From: Andalucia godoyi And28 | Taxonomy: Eukaryota > Protista > Jakobida | NCBI GenBank assembly: GCA_009859145.1 | Contig: VRVR01000020.1 | Span: 115,035-179,034, forward strand | Length of the DNA: 64,000 nucleotides | Direction: 5' to 3' | Shown here: positions 40,770-52,048 of the stretch, in pieces | How positions within the stretch are numbered: the first letter of the stretch is position 1 | How the letters are laid out: each line of letters starts with the position of its first letter | The notes under the pieces: generated by a model | The model's input: only the letters and a program-made list of their open reading frames with translations | Databases searched by the model: none | Told to the model about the DNA's origin: nothing | Made by a program: the position numbers and the translations under genes

Positions 40770-41660
40770 ATGCGTGCGATCGATTCAATCAACAACGGCA
40801 TTCGTGGCTTGCAGAAGAAGAGGCTCAACTTTTGGTTGTACCTGGTGGTCATTTCGTTCACGATCATTGGTCTTGTAACCATTTTCGCCGCGCTATCTTC
40901 AATGGAATGGGTGGAGATGAAGCGCCCCAGCAACGACGTTCTGATTCCAACAAACTGGGATACTTTATCGATTGGGCTTTCCTACACGCGGACCGAGTAT
41001 GAGGATATTCCTAATGCTACCCTGAAGTACACGTTCGTGACGAAAACGACCGAATTATTTGATTGGTTTGTGAAGCGGTACTCTGATTTGAATTGCGATG
41101 GTCAGTCCAACAAGATGCAGTCTGTTCGGAATGCCATCAATGGATCTCTTGGCATGGTGATCATTGCGATCATGTTTCAGTTTGCCGCATTCATCATTGT
41201 CTATCTGTCAATGCAAAAGGTTCGGCCTTTCAAGTATCCCAATTTCGTCTCTGGAGCGTGTTATTTGTGTGCTTTCGCGTTGTACATGGGCCAGCTCATC
41301 TATTTGCAGACAAAGATGAACGATATCCACACGCAGAGCTGCTTGAATTCGACCATGACCTACGACATGCAGATCCTGTGGGGCCAGGGGATGGTCATCT
41401 TAAACATGCTTCTCATGCTCACCTGCGCAGTCTGCATGTTCTTCTTGCGTAAGCCATCTGCGAATAGCCGGGCGGCAGAGCTTAAGGATGAGAACACCCC
41501 TGGAGCTGAAGGGTTTCCGGCCTCAACGGCCCCACCTGCCGTCTTCACACCGGCGTCAAACAATTCGTATGGCTCCGGCAATAGTGCATCTGGCGGTGGA
41601 TCCTCCATGCATGCCAGTGCAGAGCCAGACTCATCCCGCAACGAATACACTGCAGTGTAG
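40770..41660 (+). CDS. Four-TM claudin/PMP22-like membrane protein
   Basis: TM1, then EW...W..LSIGL in the first loop with Cys, three further TM helices and a Ser/Ala-rich cytoplasmic tail. Confidence 0.7.
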   Translation: MRAIDSINNGIRGLQKKRLNFWLYLVVISFTIIGLVTIFAALSSMEWVEMKRPSNDVLIPTNWDTLSIGLSYTRTEYEDIPNATLKYTFVTKTTELFDWFVKRYSDLNCDGQSNKMQSVRNAINGSLGMVIIAIMFQFAAFIIVYLSMQKVRPFKYPNFVSGACYLCAFALYMGQLIYLQTKMNDIHTQSCLNSTMTYDMQILWGQGMVILNMLLMLTCAVCMFFLRKPSANSRAAELKDENTPGAEGFPASTAPPAVFTPASNNSYGSGNSASGGGSSMHASAEPDSSRNEYTAV

Positions 41661-41929
41661 CACAAGTTTTTTCCGATGTTCTAGGACCCAGTTCGTTTTC
41701 GCCCCCTTTTGCAGGCTCGCAAACTCACTTCCCCGTCTTTTTCCTCTCTGACTTTCTTTGAATCGCTTCTTTTCAGATGTCGACTGTCTGCGTATTTTCA
41801 GACTCTTGTGACGGCATAGCACTCTGAAAGATAAAATCCTGCCAAAGCCACTCTCTTTGTCTTACTCTTCCCGACGCACACACGATACTGTTCTCGTGCT
41901 TCAGTCAATCGCCATTTTTATTATTTTTA

Positions 41930-42796
41930 TTACATGCTTGAAGACAACTTGTGATCTGCGGAGAGAAAAACGCTGCTGGTCTTCTGCGAATTCCAAACTC
42001 GCACCTTGGCTTCCGCGAAACCCTTATAGTTTCCTTCCGTGAGGTCGACAGCAATTTTGGCAATCTCCCGTTGCAAAGGGACAAGATCGGTGAGCTGAGC
42101 ATACTCAGTTGCTGGCATCCACCTGCAAGCCGAGATCTCAGCAGGATCCGGATTTGGCACCTGTGAGCCAATTGGTCGCAGAGAACAAACAAAGTAGATG
42201 TCTCCCCTTCCAAAATTGTATCCATGCAAATGTCGGAAAGCAAGAAGTTCCACAAACTCCGTACGGATTCCAGTCTCCTCAAACACTTCTCGAATGGCAG
42301 CCGTCGAGATATCTTCTCCCAGGTCAATTGAACCACCGGGAATCTTCCACATTGCCTTGTGCTGCAGGAAATACCGTTCTTGGATCAATAGCACTTCCTT
42401 CATTTCGTTAATCACAATCCCACCAACTCCAAGATGCGTGGTGGCGAAATGCGGAAGCTTGTTTTCCTCTACGCCCTCCGGAATCCACTTGGTGAGCATA
42501 GCGTGCTCCGAATGAGCATGATGAAACGTAAAGCCGTTCTCGATGGCAACCGGAATCAGACGGGACTTTGCAGTCGGAATCTTGAGCCACAGTCCTCGCC
42601 GTTTGTTCGCAACCCAGTCCGCGAGAGATGCTTTCAGATCCAATTCAAACTGCTCTGCCGTTGACGGAAGCTTGGAATCGTCAATGACAATTCCGCCATA
42701 TCGATCAATGTTGTGTGCAAGTATGCTCATTCCGCGAATCCTAGAGTGACGAATAGGAGAATTCGAGACGCAGCGGACAAGACCACTGCAGAACAT
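41930..42796 (-). CDS. Nudix hydrolase, NUDT6/AtNUDT2-like, probably mitochondrial
   Basis: Nudix_N domain (DRYGGIVI...RGLWLKIP...GFTFHHA) and Nudix box GGSIDLGEDISTAAIREVFEETGI. Confidence 0.92.
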   Translation of the reverse strand: MFCSGLVRCVSNSPIRHSRIRGMSILAHNIDRYGGIVIDDSKLPSTAEQFELDLKASLADWVANKRRGLWLKIPTAKSRLIPVAIENGFTFHHAHSEHAMLTKWIPEGVEENKLPHFATTHLGVGGIVINEMKEVLLIQERYFLQHKAMWKIPGGSIDLGEDISTAAIREVFEETGIRTEFVELLAFRHLHGYNFGRGDIYFVCSLRPIGSQVPNPDPAEISACRWMPATEYAQLTDLVPLQREIAKIAVDLTEGNYKGFAEAKVRVWNSQKTSSVFLSADHKLSSSM

Positions 42797-43649
42797 CAAG
42801 CAGATGTAAGCTTGAAGAAAAGAAACAAAAAAGAAATGGACACGCGCTGATCGCTCAATAACAACAATGCAGATGCGGGAACTTGAAAAGGTCCAAAGGA
42901 CTGTTTCGACCCGAATCTCGCCCAGATTTCTGTCGCTCCCGCAGCTCTTTTTGTGCAGGATGCGTTTTTTCTCCCCAAGCGCACTTTCGACTCGGCAAAA
43001 GCACCGGTCCAATGAGTATTTTTCGCCTTGGAGATCGGTGAATCTGTGCAACAACTGCGCAAAACCTACCACATCGCCATCGACACAATAGTATTAATGC
43101 AAATGTGTCAGCGACCATTGTCATTCACATCGTGTTCTACCGGAATGGAAAGACGATGTCCTCAACGGATCGATCAAAAACCTGAAAAACGGATAGGCAG
43201 GTTGTGGAGAAGAAGTTGGCGGTAGAGCATGAGCGAGTTAGTATACTACCTCTGCATTGAACCGCGCGACCGGCACGCCCGTGTCGCGACACAGCAGTGG
43301 TGCGCGGCAGCAAGCGGCTGCGTTTGCACGGCAGGTAGGTTTTTGGCCGACCCTCATTTTCAACAGTGGGGCCGACGGCTCCAACTCAGCCATACTGATC
43401 ACGGACATCATAAATGGATCAAAAAAAAAAAAAACAACAACAAAAAGCAAAACACGAGAAGTTTGGGTAGCACTCTGCAAATTTGTTAATGACGTATTTC
43501 ATTTTCATTTTTGTTGTTGTTTCATTTCTGTTATTCCAGAATTTTTTTTTGCACAGATTGCTTAACTTCCTAAACAACAAGAACAAACAAGAAAAAGACA
43601 AAAAACAAAAAAAAACCTATGGCTGCGGAGAGATATCGTCTGCGCAAAA

Positions 43650-43703
43650 GAAACCAAGGCGGAAACCAAGGCGGAAACCAAGGCGGAAACCAAGGCGGAA
43701 ACC
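43650..43703. repeat. GAAACCAAGGCG 12-mer tandem repeat, 4.5 copies
   Basis: Read directly. Confidence 0.95.
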
Positions 43704-44100
43704 CGACGACGTGTTGATGTTCGTCCTGCTGGAAATGTGCGTAGTATTCTGTCATCCGTGGGCGAATCTTTCCGTCTTCTCGAAAAGACAGTCCTTGCTC
43801 AGAAAATCCGCCTTGATGATCATTTTTTGAGGTGACAGACCAACGCGTCCTCCCAAATAACTCTTGGGTCAAAGTGCGTACCCACTGATGAGATCCTGGC
43901 ACAAACGATGACTCATCGACATTGGAGTGAAGTCATGTTGAATGGAACGTTTGCAGGCTGCTCAATTTCAGGCTCTCTTGCTATTGCTGTTGAGGAAGAG
44001 TGTATCAATATTGACTCATATATTCTTTTCCAAAGCGGATCAGATGTAGCGATAAAACTCCTCCATTGCAAACGACGCACTCTTCTCCTAAATTATCAAA

Positions 44101-45801
44101 TCAATTAGGAGACGGGAGTAAGTGACGCATAAGACGAACAATACGAGACAGAACCACCCTGTCGAGGAGTTGCTCACCAGGGGCAGTGCTTGAATTTTGC
44201 GACGACGCAGCGAACGCACGGCCAAGGAACCTGCGAGAAAGAGACTGCGCAGTGATGGGGTCGGAGGAAGACTCGGCAGAGCGTCCCGCATCGAATTCGG
44301 AAGGATCGCACCACGACCTTACGAGATCCCGCCGACGCTGTTTGCGATCCTGTCGCCTCTTCCACTCTTGAAAAATCAGCGTTCTCGGGAACGGCCTCTT
44401 GCCAGCAAGCGCCCATTTTGCCATCAGTGACAGCCCCAGACCGTCAAACCACTGCATTTTGTAGTAATCACGAGTTCTGAGAGTATCTATAGCATGTCGT
44501 TGCCACAGTGGGAGTGTAAGCATCTGACAGAGGCGGTCGCGAAACACTTTGGACCAGTCAGCGCACTCGATGGCATGCAGCCGTTCCTCTTCAAATTTGG
44601 AAAGCGCACTGTACACCTCATTCTCCAAGAAGTCGCTCTTCAGGTTGGTTCCATCCAAACAGCGACACGCCGCAATAACGTCTAGCAGGGACTGGCTAGT
44701 CGCAAGGAATGGGTCACCACATGTATCTACTCGAAAATTTGCAAGCACACAGACTTTCCCGACAAACAAATGACGCACTGATCTTTGAAAACACTTGTCC
44801 AATGTGGTCCACAGCAAACTATCCTTCGACTCTGCCAGAAAGGACGGGGCCTCGGAGGACGAAAAGCAGACACCGAACACCGAAGAACAATCGGCGGGAA
44901 ACAGTGAAACCAACGAATCAACCGAGTCAAAGCGATACAGCCAGGGAACAGCTCGCGTACACGGTTCTCTCCCTCTCAGAATTCCTTGTCGCAACGGTGT
45001 CCCTCTTCTCGACGACTCCTGCAAATCCTCTCCACCGCGATTCTTTTCTGGAGAGCACGAGGCTAAAAAAGTGTGTCGATACACGACTTGACTCCCGCAT
45101 TGCGCATTCCTACGGCACAAACCAGGAAGTTGGAACGACGATCCAACGAAGCGAGAAAGGCACATCTCCAGACTCGACGTGACCGAAGTAACAAGCAACA
45201 AATCAGAATCCTGAAAATGCTTCGAGTGCGCAGGATGGCCATCGACCGTGCAGCCGACGGCGGGGAGCAAGCACTCTGAAAACTCCACGCTCGCAGTCGC
45301 CACATCCAATCGAGATAGCGAAACCTTCTCTGAATCCCATTGAAACATGTGCACAAACAGTGGAACGAAGAAAAGCAGTTTGCGTCGCAAGATTTCTTTG
45401 AGTTTTTCCGAAGAGAATGAATAAAAATAATCCTTGCAATCTGGGATCTTGTACACTGCGCGATCCAGTACTTCCGACCACAGTCCAATATCCGTCAAGA
45501 ATTGCACATACGGTAACGACGCAAGAAAGTACGCATCTTCCAGCCGAGGAACAGACGAAACGGATTCGATCCACGTTACCATGGATTTTGTACCGGCTAG
45601 ATACAAAAGAAGGCTCAGTGTAGACACGGACGCATCTCCAACGACCGTGATCATGCAGACATGCTCTTCTCGTCTATCCTGACAGTGCTTCACAAAAAGC
45701 TCGCAGAATGCAATCCGAGTCGCGCGGGACAGGAAAACAAAACCACGCACAATGATGGAGCTTGGGATTGATCTCGGAAATGGGGTACAGCAGTCAGCCA
45801 T
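44101..45801 (-). CDS. Uncharacterised protein (about 566 aa)
   Basis: Long ORF; a start at 45801 avoids overlap with the upstream LRR gene. No family confidently recognised. Confidence 0.65.
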   Translation of the reverse strand: MADCCTPFPRSIPSSIIVRGFVFLSRATRIAFCELFVKHCQDRREEHVCMITVVGDASVSTLSLLLYLAGTKSMVTWIESVSSVPRLEDAYFLASLPYVQFLTDIGLWSEVLDRAVYKIPDCKDYFYSFSSEKLKEILRRKLLFFVPLFVHMFQWDSEKVSLSRLDVATASVEFSECLLPAVGCTVDGHPAHSKHFQDSDLLLVTSVTSSLEMCLSRFVGSSFQLPGLCRRNAQCGSQVVYRHTFLASCSPEKNRGGEDLQESSRRGTPLRQGILRGREPCTRAVPWLYRFDSVDSLVSLFPADCSSVFGVCFSSSEAPSFLAESKDSLLWTTLDKCFQRSVRHLFVGKVCVLANFRVDTCGDPFLATSQSLLDVIAACRCLDGTNLKSDFLENEVYSALSKFEEERLHAIECADWSKVFRDRLCQMLTLPLWQRHAIDTLRTRDYYKMQWFDGLGLSLMAKWALAGKRPFPRTLIFQEWKRRQDRKQRRRDLVRSWCDPSEFDAGRSAESSSDPITAQSLSRRFLGRAFAASSQNSSTAPGEQLLDRVVLSRIVRLMRHLLPSPN

Positions 45802-45956
45802 TTCCACTTTTCCGAACACACACACACACACACCATGGTGCAGACTCCAGGGTGCGGACGAATAAGAAAGAGAGGAGGTAACATTGCGATTAGATGTACA
45901 ATTACACTTTTTGATGTTTCTCGTTCTCCGCATTACAGACCAGGCCGGCAGAGACA

Positions 45957-47414
45957 TCAAGGAAAACGAATTTCGACATGACGTTCTTGTTGACACTCGA
46001 AAGCCAGAAGCTCGGTCTCCTTTCCGGCCCCGATTCTTTCAATGGCCACAAAGTCGCATGTGGGGTGTGTCTTGATTGCCTGCAAGATCTGCGCTCCACC
46101 GTGATCCCCAAATGGATTATCACTGGCGAGAAAAGTGTGCAGTCCCTTGTTCTCTTTGAGTCCGGCAGCAATCTTGGACGCGCCTTCCCCGGAAATTCGG
46201 TTATGCGAGATATCCAGGTGCGTGAAGCCTTCCGAGGCATTCGCGAGAACTTCGGAAACCAATGCAGCTGATGCGTCCGCCAGCCCATTCCAGCGTATCG
46301 CAAATGACTTCACAGACCCGTTGCTCTTGAGGCCCGAAAGAACCCCCGACGCACCAGCGTCCCTCAAGGAATTCCAAGACAAATCCACATGCTGAAGGGT
46401 AATGTTCTGGGCAATAATTCGTGACAGAACAGGCGAGCTCACCGTTGAAAATCCATTGTCCGAAAGATCGAGAAAAGTCAGCGCGCTTGCATCGGTGAGC
46501 GCATGGCCCAGAGCACGCAGCGAACGATCACCAAGCTTGCACCCAGCAAGCTTCAGAGTCTTGAGCGACGACACAGATGCCAGAATCGCTGCGATGTGCT
46601 CAGCCGCTTGCTCGCCCAATATGTTTCCACTTAGATCCAAACTCTCAAACCGTGCAAAGGATGCCGACTCGTCTGCATTATCTCCGTTTTCCTGGCCACC
46701 GGAGCCGTCCTCGTTCTCCCAAGTGCCGTTGCCCTCACTTTCTTGCAGCTCTGCGCGAGAAATCAAGGCATGGGCAAGATGGGCGACACCTTCGGCAGTG
46801 ATCCCATTTTCCCTCAAATCAAGCGACTTCAGAACTCGAGAGCTGAGGACGGCCGCAGACAGCGCATGCAATCCACGATCTCCGATTCCTTGGAGAGCAA
46901 GAGACACATTCGGACCTGCTCGAAGTCGAGAAGCAACTGAGAGCGTTGGAAATCGAAGGCCCATTGCAAGCGCAGCATCTAAAAACGCACTTGTTCCGGT
47001 TTCTTCTTCTGTGTACACGCGTGACGGGTGGTCGTCAATAGACTGGTTGTTTGTCATGGAAGCAGCAGTCGGTTGCGTGGTTGAGGCAGCTGGACGAACT
47101 GCAAACGGTGACGGAGGAACCCTGGAATTCTCAATACCATGTTTTGATGATGGAGAGGCCGATGAAGGACAGGAGGATGCATGTACATTGCTGCTGGAGG
47201 CAGATGAGAAGTGAGAAGGAAGAGCAGATCGCATTGGCGATGCGCCTGGGCGATTGGGGGCAGGATAGTCGTTGAATCGAAAGTACACAAGATCATCGAG
47301 AGACTGCAAAGAATCAGGCGCAGCTTGTGGACGAGGTGGAGTCGACGGACGTTTGCTCGGACTCGGTTTGTGCGCAGGAGGATCCACATCACCGCTTGCA
47401 AAAACCGACGACAT
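45957..47414 (-). CDS. Ribonuclease-inhibitor-type leucine-rich repeat protein
   Basis: 28-residue repeats LKSLDLRENGI, ESLDLSGNIL, LKTLKLAGCKL, LTFLDLSDNGF, LQHVDLSWNSL and FTHLDISHNRI. Confidence 0.9.
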   Translation of the reverse strand: MSSVFASGDVDPPAHKPSPSKRPSTPPRPQAAPDSLQSLDDLVYFRFNDYPAPNRPGASPMRSALPSHFSSASSSNVHASSCPSSASPSSKHGIENSRVPPSPFAVRPAASTTQPTAASMTNNQSIDDHPSRVYTEEETGTSAFLDAALAMGLRFPTLSVASRLRAGPNVSLALQGIGDRGLHALSAAVLSSRVLKSLDLRENGITAEGVAHLAHALISRAELQESEGNGTWENEDGSGGQENGDNADESASFARFESLDLSGNILGEQAAEHIAAILASVSSLKTLKLAGCKLGDRSLRALGHALTDASALTFLDLSDNGFSTVSSPVLSRIIAQNITLQHVDLSWNSLRDAGASGVLSGLKSNGSVKSFAIRWNGLADASAALVSEVLANASEGFTHLDISHNRISGEGASKIAAGLKENKGLHTFLASDNPFGDHGGAQILQAIKTHPTCDFVAIERIGAGKETELLAFECQQERHVEIRFP

Positions 47415-47851
47415 GGAAAGATCCCAGAACAACCAATGTGTATTCTTTCTAGAAACGCGCCGCCTTTTTCTTCACGCAAATTGAACAGCAAATAAACCAA
47501 CCAAGCAACCAAATAAACAGCACTGCAGTGAGAATGAACAAACGAATTTATTTAAAATTAAAATTTGTGTTCTGACAAACACAATGCGTTCCTCAATTCT
47601 TTCTTTGGGTATTTCGGACTGAAACAAAACCGCCCGCGGAAGTCGGACTACGACAGTTTACCTTTTGGCTTCGCATGGTCAGTGATCGCCGATCGCAGTA
47701 TACATCCTTTCTGGGCGGCGGACGGCGGGCGGCAATCGGAGAGTGCAGAAGACCGTAGTGAAAGGATGTGAAACGAGATACGAGCGTGCACGCGCAATAT
47801 GACAATTTACAAGACAAGGAGGACGCAATAGGGCAAGAAAACTTCTTGAGT

Positions 47852-49015
47852 TTAGCACGCTCCTGGAGGTGGAAGCGCGATTGGAATGCGAGAGAACTCG
47901 GCAGACATGAACTCGGCAACATCATCCGGCGATGGTTGTGGATATGGAATATGCGAGAATGGATTTGAGTTCAGCGATTGGACCGGTGATGAAGCAGCAG
48001 CAGTAGCCGCAGCAGCCGGGGTCGTAGTCGCAGCCACGGCGGGCGTCGCCGATTCCGCAGCAGAAGCTGCATTTATCACGGAGGGCGTCGACGTGCCGAG
48101 CTTGGGCATGGATTGAATGAGCGACGCACCTTGCGCTGTTCCGACTGTCGAAACCGGGTTGGAGCTCTGAGAGCTGAAGGACCCAGACCCCCATCCACTC
48201 CCTGATATTCCCGCATTCCCCCATCCAGAGCCTTGATGGGCCGAACTTCCCCAACCCGAAGCCCCTGATGCGATCGTCGTTGAGCTGGTCCATCCTGATG
48301 ATCCGTTCCCAGCCCAAGTGGAATTTCCAGACGACTGGTTACTGAAGCCTTGATGTAAAGTGGACTGCGAACTTGCCGCGAAAGACGGGCTATCTCCGAG
48401 CAAGTCGTAGCGGTTGGAAGAAGCGCTGACGAACCCAGTGTTCTTCGCTGCCGGAAGACCGAACGTCGGAGTATTCTGCACTCCCCATCCGCTAGCGGAT
48501 GGTGCAGATGCAAATGATGATGGAGCAAGACCAGTGGAAGCGGCGCCAAAAGGAGCAGATCCCCACCCACTGTGCTGTGGCTGAACAAAGCCTAGTGGTT
48601 GGGAAACAGGTCCAAAGCCCTGGGCTTGCGACGAAGTTGAGAACCCGGAATTGTGGTTCATCGGATGCGGAGCAAAAGTGGAGCTGCCTGTTGCGCCCCA
48701 AGCCGTTTGGCCACTCGATGCGGAGGACACCCAGCCTGACGAGCCTGCCGAACTGCTTCCCCACGCGTTATTACTGCTCTCACTGGTACGGATACCGCTG
48801 TTGCTGGTCGTTGAGAATCCTTGGCTTTGATGTCCTTGTGAAGTCCACCCTCCAGAGATTGACTGACTGAACCCGCTGTTAACTGGACCCAGCCGAGAAG
48901 ATATATTTCCTCTCGCGCCTTGACTATGGAAATTTCCTCCCTGTTGATTGTGTGGATGCGAATTCTGGCTGTGATTGTGATGGCCTCCTCCTTTGCCCCT
49001 TCTGTTGTTCGCCAT
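47852..49015 (-). CDS. Low-complexity Gly/Ser-rich protein, probable Nup42/NUPL2-like nucleoporin
   Basis: FG/GF and WG repeats. The C-terminus DVAEFMSAEFSRIPIALPPP resembles the Nup42 Gle1-binding F-x-x-x-x-F...IP...PPP motif. Confidence 0.65.
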   Translation of the reverse strand: MANNRRGKGGGHHNHSQNSHPHNQQGGNFHSQGARGNISSRLGPVNSGFSQSISGGWTSQGHQSQGFSTTSNSGIRTSESSNNAWGSSSAGSSGWVSSASSGQTAWGATGSSTFAPHPMNHNSGFSTSSQAQGFGPVSQPLGFVQPQHSGWGSAPFGAASTGLAPSSFASAPSASGWGVQNTPTFGLPAAKNTGFVSASSNRYDLLGDSPSFAASSQSTLHQGFSNQSSGNSTWAGNGSSGWTSSTTIASGASGWGSSAHQGSGWGNAGISGSGWGSGSFSSQSSNPVSTVGTAQGASLIQSMPKLGTSTPSVINAASAAESATPAVAATTTPAAAATAAASSPVQSLNSNPFSHIPYPQPSPDDVAEFMSAEFSRIPIALPPPGAC

Positions 49016-49906
49016 GATGGAGTCAAAAGGACTTATATTCGAAAGCACGACACTGTGAATCACGTGCGCGATGTCTGGCTTGGAGAAACGAGGTTGGGGG
49101 TTTTGGACTCTTGGATCCTCCTTGTTCTTGTTTTTTTGTTTTTTTGTTTGTATTGAGTTTTAAAATTTCTTTTTTGTTGTGGTCTTGTTTTGTTTTGTTT
49201 TTGCTTCTTCTTTTTACAAGAGCGTCCCAAGGAATTGAGATGAGTTTTGAGGAATCATGCAAGCAAATGATGTGGCGCGCGGATTCGAGCAAAACGCTGT
49301 AAAAAGCAGAATCAAGTGCCAAAGACACGCAAACACACACACGCAGACCGCCTCCAATTTCCTCCTGGCAAGTTTTCAAAGCAGTCCGAATGTTGGAAAT
49401 TCGAATGTTCGCAAACTATTTTGAATTTCTGCGTTTTCTACGTATTGTCATGAATCTTGATGAAAAAACACGTCCCATTGTGATTCGTCGAGATCGTGTT
49501 TTTGCGGAATGGAGATGTGGATCATCATTATCCAGCGTTGTGGTTCCACACCGTTGTCTTTGACATTCCCATAAGTGAGCGCGTTACCTGAGGATGAGCT
49601 GCACGTCTCGCTTTCAGGTCCCTAGCATGCACGGAATGTTTTCAGTGTGAGGGATTCTGGTGATGCGTCAGTAGACGCTCCCGCGGATACTGTTCAGGAG
49701 CTTTGTCCCCTCTGGTGTTTCGGACCCGTGCAGCATCCTGTAGTCTGTTCATGTTCACCAAACAGCAACAACAGCAGCAGCATGCGATGCGCGAATACAT
49801 GCAGCTTAGTATTTTTCCTTGAAACCAAGAAACGTCCCCAGTGACATCCAACCAAAAAAAAATAATAATAATAAATACATTATAATAATGAACGAATTGA
49901 AATTCA

Positions 49907-51553
49907 TTAAAAGACGCTCTGTCCTACCATTTCTTTGACGTTGTCGACGTCATCCAGGAACAGCTTGTACAAAACAGTGCTGTCCTTTGCCCCGTATCTC
50001 TCCTCAAGAACGGAATACTCCGCGTCCCCAAGTGCAAACCCAAGTGTTGCGAGTGCTCGGCGGAATCTTTCCTTGGAAATGCGTCCTGTGGCGTAGACCC
50101 CGGTGCAAACACGATCAAAATCAGCCAGGATCTCACGGATTGCCATGCGTCTCGTGCGCACACGGTCCCGGATTCTTTGAAGAACCTGCTGCAAAGCGAC
50201 TTCACGGTTGCCATCAGCATTAGCATTGGCACTAGCACAACTGCTGTCTGCAGTTGGAGAATCGCCCGAAATTTCAAATGAGCGTGTCCCATTTTTCGCG
50301 CTGGGTGACACCGGGTTTCGCGTTGGAGACAACGAACGAACCGCAGTCGAGTCAAGAACGGAATCTGCGAGCATGGACCCAACTGGCGCATCCATCTTCG
50401 TGGTGAACTCCTTCCATCGAATCAATGCGATTGGCTGCACATTTGCGAATGAAAACGGCCGATTTGGGGAGCCACCGTTTGCGACAGGAGAGACCAGCTC
50501 CTGATACCGGTCGGCGATCTCTTCAAGTTCTGCAGCGGAAAGCTGGTCACCACGTGGAAGCTTAAGTGATCCCAGAGCAGACACAAATGCAGATCGTGGA
50601 ACGCGGCCCGTACGCAGCTTGTCGGAATCCTGGAACAACTCTGCGAAGCGAATACGGAGAGTAGCTGCATACGCACGTAGCCGTTCTTCGGGATCGCTGC
50701 GGTTCGCACTGACGGAAGCAGAACCAGAAAACGAGGAAGCAAGGTTGCGCGAAACAGTGTTTTGAACTGTCGGCGACGGAGCGGCGGCGGCGGCCACTGC
50801 AGAATCGTCCGAGTTCGCTGTCAAGTCGTAGTGGAACTTTGCGTATGCAATATCTTCTCCATTTCCAGCAATTGGTCCGCCCGAGCGACGCAGGGACGAC
50901 GCCTCATCCGCGCCCTTGTGAACTGCATAGTAATCTGCAAGCTGGCTAATCTCACCGTTGTTCAATGCACCCCCAAACCCAACTTGACAGCCGCGAGAAA
51001 ACTGCGATCGAGTCACAATGCCGCGGCGCAGCTTGTCAAAGTCTTCAAAGAAGATGCGGGGATGCAACCTGCGAGTCGCCACAAACTGCCTCAACCGTGG
51101 AATGAGCTTGGCAGAAACATCATCACCCTCCGTCAAAGAAGAAGAAGAAGTCGTGTCGAGCGAACGCGAACCTGCAGCGGGCGCGAAAGATCCTCCCTTG
51201 ATCGACCGCGCAGTGGGAGAGATCGGCGCAAAACCGCCACTTCCAAAGCCGCTACCAGAGCCAGAACTGACTACTTCACTGGCTGCTGCACTTGCAGCCT
51301 CATCAATAGTCTTCAAGAATGCATCATACACGAACAGTGCAGTATCATTGTCCCGAAGTGCATATTTGTCAGAGAGTTGCTGGTATTCAGCTTCCGACAT
51401 TCCAAATCCCATTGTAGCAAGAATGCGACGAGACTGTTCTCGAGACACATGGCCCAGCCGAAGCTTGTCAAAGTCACGGAACGAGTCGCGCAGACGAATA
51501 CGGTGGCGCTGGACTTCCGACGCAATGCGGCTTTCAATAGGGAGCAGAGACAT
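49907..51553 (-). CDS. Multi-EF-hand protein (EFCAB6-like ciliary type)
   Basis: Four repeats: SFRDFDKLRLGHVSREQ, FFEDFDKLRRGIVTRSQF, LFQDSDKLRTGRVPRSAF and ILADFDRVCTG...GRISKERF. Confidence 0.75.
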   Translation of the reverse strand: MSLLPIESRIASEVQRHRIRLRDSFRDFDKLRLGHVSREQSRRILATMGFGMSEAEYQQLSDKYALRDNDTALFVYDAFLKTIDEAASAAASEVVSSGSGSGFGSGGFAPISPTARSIKGGSFAPAAGSRSLDTTSSSSLTEGDDVSAKLIPRLRQFVATRRLHPRIFFEDFDKLRRGIVTRSQFSRGCQVGFGGALNNGEISQLADYYAVHKGADEASSLRRSGGPIAGNGEDIAYAKFHYDLTANSDDSAVAAAAAPSPTVQNTVSRNLASSFSGSASVSANRSDPEERLRAYAATLRIRFAELFQDSDKLRTGRVPRSAFVSALGSLKLPRGDQLSAAELEEIADRYQELVSPVANGGSPNRPFSFANVQPIALIRWKEFTTKMDAPVGSMLADSVLDSTAVRSLSPTRNPVSPSAKNGTRSFEISGDSPTADSSCASANANADGNREVALQQVLQRIRDRVRTRRMAIREILADFDRVCTGVYATGRISKERFRRALATLGFALGDAEYSVLEERYGAKDSTVLYKLFLDDVDNVKEMVGQSVF

Positions 51554-52048
51554 TTTGCGACGTAAGGACAAGAATAAATGGAAGGAAAATAACTATTTAA
51601 AAAACAAAACAACAACAATGACAATCTGTATACAAACTCCTGCACAAAAAAAAAAAGAAAAGAAATACGAAACGGAAAAAATTCTGAGAAACCTTATAAA
51701 TCTAAAAGAGAAAGAAGATGAAAGAAAAGTGTTATAAAACCGCATTATAGGCCAACGGGCAACGGCAAAAAAGAACCGGTGAATTCCACTACAACCAGCG
51801 GAGGAAATGTTGAACACAGTTTGATCTTCCTTTGAAAAGCCTGTTTTTTTTGATCTGGCTTTTCAAGTTTACGGAGAGGTGCTTTCTTTGCTTTCGTTGC
51901 AATCGTCGCAATCTTTCCCCCCCCTAGGTCATCCCTTTCTTTCGTTGTTCAGATACACACGGGAACACACACACAGACAGACAGACATATATACACATAT
52001 TTCCTTTGAATCACTTTTCAGCTTGAGAATTCATCTGATATTTGCGAA

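Noticed and set aside
43135-43410. Possible spliced small gene on the minus strand containing TACTAAC (43237-43243)
   Set aside because: The donor GTAGTA is non-consensus, the branch motif is only 6-7 nt from it, and the roughly 68-aa product is unrecognisable. RNA-seq is needed.
43650-43703. 12-bp and 8-bp tandem arrays considered as CRISPR-like
   Set aside because: They are contiguous repeats with no spacers, in a eukaryotic context. No CRISPR array is present in the window.
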